NCBI GenBank assembly: GCA_002269645.1
Contig: NIVC01001663.1
Coordinates: 1 to 41,912 of the forward strand
Direction of reading: 5' to 3'
Source: Macrostomum lignano
Lineage: Eukaryota
DNA length: 41,912 nucleotides
Part shown: positions 34,949-41,912 of the stretch, one piece after another
How the letters are laid out: the number at the start of each line of letters is the position of its first letter
How positions within the stretch are numbered: the first letter of the stretch is position 1
Position numbers and translations under genes: made by a program
Notes under the pieces: model-generated
Seen by the model: only the letters and a program-made list of their open reading frames with translations
Databases searched by the model: none
What the model was told of the DNA's origin: nothing

Positions 34949-36684
34949 TGAAGAGTCGGAGGGTATCAAATAAAGAGTCGGAGGGTATCAAATGAAGAGT
35001 CGGAGAATATCAAATGAAGAGTCGGAGGGTATCAAATGAAGAGTCGGAGGGTATCAAATGAAGAGTCGAAGGGTATCAAATGAAAAGTCGGAGGGGATAT
35101 CAAATGAAGAGTCTGGGGATATTAAATGAAGAGTCGGAGAATATCAAATGAAGAGTCGGAGAATATCAAATGAAGAGTCGGAGGGTATCAAATGAAGAGT
35201 CTGGGGATATCAAATGAAGAGTCTGGGGATATCAAATGAAGAGTCGGAGGGTATCAAATGAAGAGTCGGAGAATATCAAATGAAGAGTCGGAGAATATCA
35301 AATGAAGAGTCTGGGGATATCAAATGAAGAGTCTGGGGATATCAAATGAAGAGTCTGGGGATATCAAATGAAGAGTCTGGGGATATCAAATGAAGAGTCT
35401 GGGGATATCAAATGAAGAGTCTGGGGATATCAAATGAAGAGTCTGGGGATATCAAATGAAGAGTCGGAGGGTATCAAATGAAGAGTCTGGGGATATCAAA
35501 TGAAGAGTCTGGGGATATCAAATGAAGAGTCGGAGGGTATCAAATGAAGAGTCGGAGAATATCAAATGAAGAGTCGGAGGATATCAAATGAAGAGTCGGA
35601 GAATATCAAATGAAGAGTCTGGGGATATCAAATGAAGAGTCTGAGGGTATCAAATAAAGAGTCGGAGAATATCAAATGAAGAGTCGGAGAATATCAAATG
35701 AAGAGTCGGAGAATATCAAATGAAGAGTCGGAGAATATCAAATGAAGAGTCGGAGGGTATCAAATGAAGAGTCGGAGGGTATCAAATGAAGAGTCGGAGA
35801 ATATCAAATGAAGAGTCGGAGGGTATCAAATGAAGAGTCTGGGGATATCAAATGAAGAGTCTGGGGATATCAAATGAAGAGTCTGGGGATATCAAATGAA
35901 GAGTCTGGGGATATCAAATGAAGAGTCTGGGGATATCAAATGAAGAGTCTGGGGATATCAAATGAAGAGTCGGAGGGTATCAAATGAAGAGTCTGGGGAT
36001 ATCAAATGAAGAGTCTGGGGATATCAAATGAAGAGTCTGGGGATATCAAATGAAGAGTCTGGGGATATCAAATGAAGAGTCTGGGGATATCAAATGAAGA
36101 GTCTGGGGATATCAAATGAAGAGTCTGGGGATATCAAATGAAGAGTCGGAGAATATCAAATGAAGAGTCGGAGGATATCAAATGAAGAGTCGGAGAATAT
36201 CAAATGAAGAGTCTGGGGATATCAAATGAAGAGTCTGAGGGTATCAAATGAAGAGTCGGAGAATATCAAATGAAGAGTCGGAGGGTATCAAATGAAGAGT
36301 CGGAGAATATCAAATGAAGAGTCGGAGAATATCAAATGAAGAGTCGGAGAATATCAAATGAAGAGTCTGAGGATATCAAATGAAGAATTCGGGGATATCA
36401 AATGAAGAGTCTGAGGGTATCAAATGAAGAGTTCGGGTGGTATCAAATGAAGAGTCTGGGGATATCAAATGAAGAGTCGGAGGGTATCAAATGAAGAGTC
36501 GAAGGGTATCAAATGAAGAGTTCGGGTGGTATCAAATGAAGAGTCTGGGGATATCAAATGAAGAGTCGGAGGGTATCAAATGAAGAGTCGGAGGGTATCA
36601 AATGAAGAGTCGGAGGGTATCAATTGAAGAGTCGGAGGGTATCAATTGAAGAGTCGGAGGGTATCAAACGAAGAGTCTGAGGGT
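34949..36684. repeat. 22-bp minisatellite (TGAAGAGTCGGAGGGTATCAAA), about 79 copies
   Basis: Three recurring variants (cggaggg, cggagaa, ctgggga) interspersed. Confidence 0.96.
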
Positions 36685-37049
36685 GCCCACTTGAGGGCTG
36701 AAGACATCGCCCCCTGTGAGCCCCCTGCTTGCGTGCTCAGCAAGCAAGACGCAAGTCTCAATCCTTTTTTCCATGAAAACGTTCGTGAGACTTTGACATT
36801 GGCGCACAGAGGCGGCAAATGAAGCCAGTTGTTGCCTAGCTAGCCAAGCTAGAAGGCTGGGAGATTCAGTCAGCTTTATTAAGACTTTTTTTCTACTCTA
36901 ATTGGCACGCTATCGAGGCCACAGGAGATTGACGGGGTGAAGATGCTACCGGATAAATTACATCTGGAGCGACTTAAGAGACAAGTATGATTGATGCCTC
37001 ACCAATTTTCTTGTCGGCCCTCATCCTTCTCGAGTTTATTAGCAATCTA

Positions 37050-37795
37050 TTCTATTCCCTGCTATACTAATAGCCATCTGTTCTATCTCCCAAACCCAAC
37101 TAGCCATCCGTTCTATCCCCCAAACTGTTATATTCCCTATACCACACAGGCTCTCTGCTCTATCCCCAATAACATCCGTTCTATCCCCTATACCAACCGT
37201 TCTATCCCCCTATATACTATCCGTTCTATCCCCTATAACATCCGTTCCATCCTCTATATACTATCTGTTCTATCCCCTATACCAACCGTTCTATCCCCTA
37301 TATACTATCTGTTCTATCCCCTATAACATCCGTTCAATCCTCTATATACTATCCGTTCTATCCTCTATATACTATCCGTTCTATCTTCTATATACTATCC
37401 GTTCTATCCTCTATATACTATCCGTTCTATCTTCTATATACCATCCGTTCTATCCTCTATATACTATCTGTTCTATCCCCTATACCAACCGTTCTATCCC
37501 CTATATACTATCTGTTCTATCCCCTATAACATCCGTTCAATCCTCTATATACTATCCGTTCTATCTTCTATATACTATCCGTTCTATCCTCTATATACTA
37601 TCCGTTCTATCTTCTATATACCATCCGTTCTATCCTCTATATACTATCCGTTCTATCTTCTATATACCATCCGTTCTATCCTCTATATACTATCCGTTCT
37701 ATCTTCGATATACTATCCGTTATATCCCCTATATCATCCGTTCTATCCCCTATTTACCATCCGTTCTATCCCCTATATACCATCCGTTATATCCT
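37050..37795. repeat. ~23-bp pyrimidine-rich minisatellite (TATACTATCCGTTCTATCCTCTA)
   Basis: Moderately degenerate tandem array. Confidence 0.9.
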
Positions 37796-38393
37796 GACTT
37801 AACATAACTTACAAGCCAAGAGGTGACCGCTAGCGGACGGGGTCTCCCCTGACTTCGAATTCAATGTTGGCAATTAGGCATCCACTTGGGGTAGCTTTTG
37901 CTCTGTCAAACTAAATTTAATATTGCGCACTTGGTTGGGAACTCGTCCCTCCCGCCTCTATCTCTCCCCCTCTCTCTCTCTTGCTCAGGCGGCCCCCACT
38001 TCTCCCCTATCTCAGCCGATAGATCGCGTGATTGCAAATGAACCCCCGGCCGAAGAAGTTTAAAGATGCTGCCGGAGCAGAAAGACACGCCGAGGACCAA
38101 TCGAGGATTAGCTGGTCACCGAGAGAGAGCTCTGCTTGCTTTGCCGAGTTAAAGAGTCAAGAAGGCCTAGATACAGAGTCTGGAGTAGCGAAACTCTTTC
38201 CCGAGTCCGCCATATTTAGACAACTGTAGGCTTACTGCAGTTTTTCAGTTTACAGAAAAATCAGGGGCGTTGCCATGGGTTTTATGGTGGTTGGAGAGGG
38301 GGAAAAGTAACCATCCAACGTAAAATATGCCCTACTAGTATAATATTTTGGGAGTCGGTGTTCTTACACCGGCCAAGCTACAGAATCTGATAT

Positions 38394-39681
38394 TCATTTT
38401 GGCGCCGCAGGCACTCATTTTAGAACCGCAGACACTTATTTTAGCTCCGCAGACACTCATTTTGGCGCCGCAGGCACTCATTTTAGAACCGCAGGCACTC
38501 ATTTTAGAACCGCAGGCACTTATTTTAGCTCCGCAGACACTCATTTTGGCGCCGCAGACACTTATTTTAGCTCCGCAGACAGTCATTTTAGCGCCGCAGG
38601 CACTCATTTTAGCGCCGCAGGCACTTATTTTAGCTCCGCAGACACTCATTTTAGCTCCGCAGGCACTCATTTTGGCTCCGCAGGCACTCATTTTAGAACC
38701 GCAGGCACTCATTTTGGCGCCGCAGGCACTCATTTTGGCGCCGCAGGCACTTATTTTAGCTCCGCAGACACTCATTTTAGCTCCGCAGGCACTTATTTTA
38801 GCTCCGCAGGCACTCATTTTAGCGCCGCAGGCACTCATTTTAGCGCCGCAGGCACTTATTTTAGCTCCGCAGACACTCATTTTAGCTCCGCAGGCACTCA
38901 TTTTAGAACCGCAGGCACTCATTTTGGCGCCGCAGGCACTCATTTTGGCGCCGCAGGCACTCATTTTGGCTCCGCAGGCACTCATTTTAGAACCGCAGGC
39001 ACTTATTTTAGCTCCGCAGGCACTCATTTTAGAACCGCAGGCAGTCATTTTGGCGCCGCAGGCACTCATTTTGGCTCCGCAGGCACTCATTTTAGAACCG
39101 CAGGCACTCATTTTAGAACCGCAGGCACTCATTTTGGCTCCACAGGCACTCATTTTAGAACCGCAGGCACTCATTTTGGCTCCACAGGCACTCATTTTAG
39201 AACCGCAGGCACTCATTTTAGAACCGCAGGCACTCATTTTGGCTCCACAGGCACTCATTTTAGAACCGCAGGCACTCATTTTGGCTCCACAGGCACTCAT
39301 TTTAGAACCGCAGGCACTCATTTTAGAACCGCAGGCACTCATTTTAGAACCGCAGGCACTCATTTTAGAACCGCAGGCACTCATTTTAGAACCGCAGGCA
39401 CTCATTTTGGCTCCACAGGCACTCATTTTAGAACCGCAGGCACTCATTTTAGAACCGCAGGCACTCATTTTAGAACCGCAGGCACTCATTTTGGCTCCAC
39501 AGGCACTCATTTTAGAACCGCAGGCACTTATTTTAGCTCCGCAGGCACTCATTTTAGAACCGCAGGCACTCATTTTGGCTCCACAGGCACTCATTTTAGA
39601 ACCGCAGGCACTTATTTTAGCTCCGCAGGCACTCATTTTTGAACCGCAGGCACTCATTTTAGAACCGCAGGCACTTGTTTT
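38394..39681. repeat. 21-bp minisatellite (GCAGGCACTCATTTTAGAACC), about 61 copies
   Basis: Tandem array. Unit length divisible by 3 explains the long ORFs on both strands. Confidence 0.96.
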
Positions 39682-40302
39682 AAAGTCATACTCGTAAGCC
39701 CTCACTTTGGCTTCCTATCGTATTTCTTGGGCTATATAAGAAATCACTGATAATTATGATAGCGTTAGCAAAAAATGACGCACACAAACGCTCTTCAGTT
39801 GTCTGAAAATTGGTGTGCTGATTTGGGGAAGAGCTGCCACTCCAAGTTCTAGTTTTAGGCTTCCTGGTCCGCCCTCCCTTTGGCCATTCCTCCTCGACAT
39901 CTCGTGCACGACAAAGCTAACTTTTGGAAAGAATCGTCATTTTCTGCTTGTACTGAAGAAGAAGGAGGAGGAGGAGGAGGAGGAGAGCATGACATTGGAG
40001 CAGCAATTTTGCTAGCAGGAGAAGCAGCGAGAAAGAGAGATGGAGAGATATTGGAGATCTCTGTGCCGCTGTATTCGTTAGCAATATCAACTAACTGCTT
40101 GTGCGTGTTTGTTCGGCTTCTTTATTGGCATTCGATGGTTCCAACAACAGTTTATGAACACTTGGGGGCGATCGAGGAAGGACAGAGAAGAGAGAGATCT
40201 GCTAATCTATGAAGCCAGAGACCGAAATAAGAGTTCCAGGGATTAGGAAGATTAGAGCGAGTGTAGCAGAGAAATAGGTAAAGAGATCAGGAAATAGAGA
40301 GG

Positions 40303-40945
40303 AGAGGTCACGAGAGAGCTAGGGGAGGTCACAAGAGAGAGCTAGGGGAGGTCACAAGAGAGAGCTAGGGGAGGTCACAAGAGAGAGCTAGGGGAGGTCA
40401 CAAGAGAGAGCTAGGGGAGGTCACAAGAGAGAGCTAGGGGAGGTCACAAGAGAGAGCTAGGGGAGGTCACAAGAGAGAGCTAGGGGAGGTCACAAGAGAG
40501 AGCTAGGGGAGGTCACAAGAGAGAGCTAGGGGAGGTCACAAGAGAGAGCTAGGGGAGGTCACAAGAGAGAGCTAGGGGAGGTCATAAGAGAGAGTTAGGG
40601 GAGGTTATAAGAGAGAGCTAGGGGAGGTCACAAGAGAGAGCTAGGGGAGGTCACAAGAGAGAGCTAGGGGAGGTCATAAGAGAGAGTTAGGGGAGGTCAC
40701 AAGAGAGAGCTAGGGGAGGTCATAAGAGAGAGTTAGGGGAGGTCATAAGAGAGAGCTAGGGGAGGTCATAGAGAGAGAGCTAGGGGAGGTCACAAGAGAG
40801 AGCTAGGGAGGTCACGAGAAAGCTCGGGGGAGGTCACGAGAAAGCTCGGGGAGGTCACGAGAGAGAAAGCTCGGGGAGGTCACGAGAGAGAGAGAGCTCG
40901 GGGAGGTCACGAGAGAGAGCTCGGGGAGGTCACGAGAAAGCTCGG
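40303..40945. repeat. 23-bp purine-rich minisatellite (GAGAGAGCTAGGGGAGGTCACAA), about 27 copies
   Basis: Tandem array decaying at the right end. Confidence 0.94.
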
Positions 40946-41358
40946 AGAGATGGTGAAGAGGGAAGAAGTGAGCAGAGTAATGAGGCAGCTACATGCTTGT
41001 CTGGCCTGATTCGGCTCAGTTATCCTTGAGACGGTGAGGAGGGTGCAAATTATCTAGACAAAGGATTAACTAACCTGTGTAAGACACAAAGATGTGAGCC
41101 GAATGCACATCTGAAGTTGTCTATTGCAATAATTGCTACATATTTTTTCTGCTTTCAGCTCGCTTCGATACATGAGATGAAGCCAGACGTTTATTCCGAA
41201 CACCTCAATTTTCTCTGACTCAAACAAGAGACAAGAGTAGCCATTACTACCATCAGTAACGGGAAAATGTTTTTTTAGCCTTTTTCGACCTGACCTGAAT
41301 TTCAATGTTCATAAAATGTCTTCAGACAGGTATTTATCGAAATTATATATGTCAACAT

Positions 41359-41824
41359 ATCTACACATAGCACAATCTACACACTGCACAATCTACACAC
41401 TGCACAATCTACACACTGCACAATCTACACACTGCACAATCTACACACTGCACAATCTACACACAGCACAATCTACACACTGCACAATCTACACACAGCA
41501 CAATCTACACACTGCACAATCTACACACAGCACAATCTACACACAGCACAATCTACATACTGCACAATCTACACACTGCACAATCTACACACTGCACAAT
41601 CTACACACTGCACAATCTACACACTGCACAATCTACACACTGCACAATCTACACACTGCACAATCTACACACAGCACAATCTACACACAGCACAATCTAC
41701 ACACTGCACATTCTACACACTGCACAATCTACACACTGCACAATCTACACACTGCACAATCTACACACTGCACAATCTACACACTGCACAATCTACACAC
41801 TGCACAATCTACACACTGCACAAT
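41359..41824. repeat. 16-bp minisatellite (TGCACAATCTACACAC), about 29 copies
   Basis: Tandem array. Confidence 0.95.
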
Positions 41825-41912
41825 TTACAGTTTATGCAGGTTATGAATTTATTCGCAGGATAATTATTTCACTGGGAATTTCGAATTCTTTCACTCTGTT
41901 GGCGCGCACTGT

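Noticed and set aside
38335-39705. 449-aa and 456-aa ORFs on opposite strands (PQALILE and MSACGSK repeats)
   Set aside because: They coincide with the 21-bp minisatellite; a unit divisible by 3 without stops gives long ORFs automatically. No non-repetitive domain.
36690-41310. Further KCNH exons (e.g. ORFs 38032-38229, 39880-40212, 41066-41305)
   Set aside because: No recognisable ERG S1-S6 or CNBHD sequence. Poorly conserved linker exons cannot be excluded without RNA-seq.
41316-41846. 176-aa His/Thr-rich ORF
   Set aside because: Translation of three-unit blocks of the 16-bp repeat.

Overview
Repeat-rich genomic DNA from an invertebrate animal (spliceosomal GT-AG introns, AT-rich non-coding DNA, GC-richer exons, TTAGGG-type repeats); the species cannot be assigned from sequence alone. 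Supported host genes: TMEM267 (2 exons, -), a Tctex-1-type dynein light chain DYNLT1/3 (2 exons, -), an unrecognised multi-exon Q/P/S-rich protein with C2H2-like motifs (-), tRNA-Ala(CGC) (-), a single-exon FAM43-like PTB/PID protein (-), and the first three exons (PAS domain) of an ERG/KCNH2-type K+ channel (+) that continues beyond the window. Roughly one third of the window is made of about 13 unrelated minisatellite arrays. Mobile DNA read from the sequence: a hAT-type MITE with an 8-bp TSD, a deleted mariner with ~196-bp arms, a Harbinger deletion derivative keeping the 5' ends of both its genes, a 300-bp foldback MITE, a tRNA-derived SINE-like head, and a spliced PHD-FLYWCH-MULE transposase relic. 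The most notable structure is in the intron of that MULE gene: a 5'-truncated Penelope-like retroelement (GIY-YIG endonuclease) inside a (TC)n tract, with a minimal type I hammerhead ribozyme near its 3' end and a duplicated 37-bp terminal motif. All calls come from manual reading and motif recall; no searches were run.
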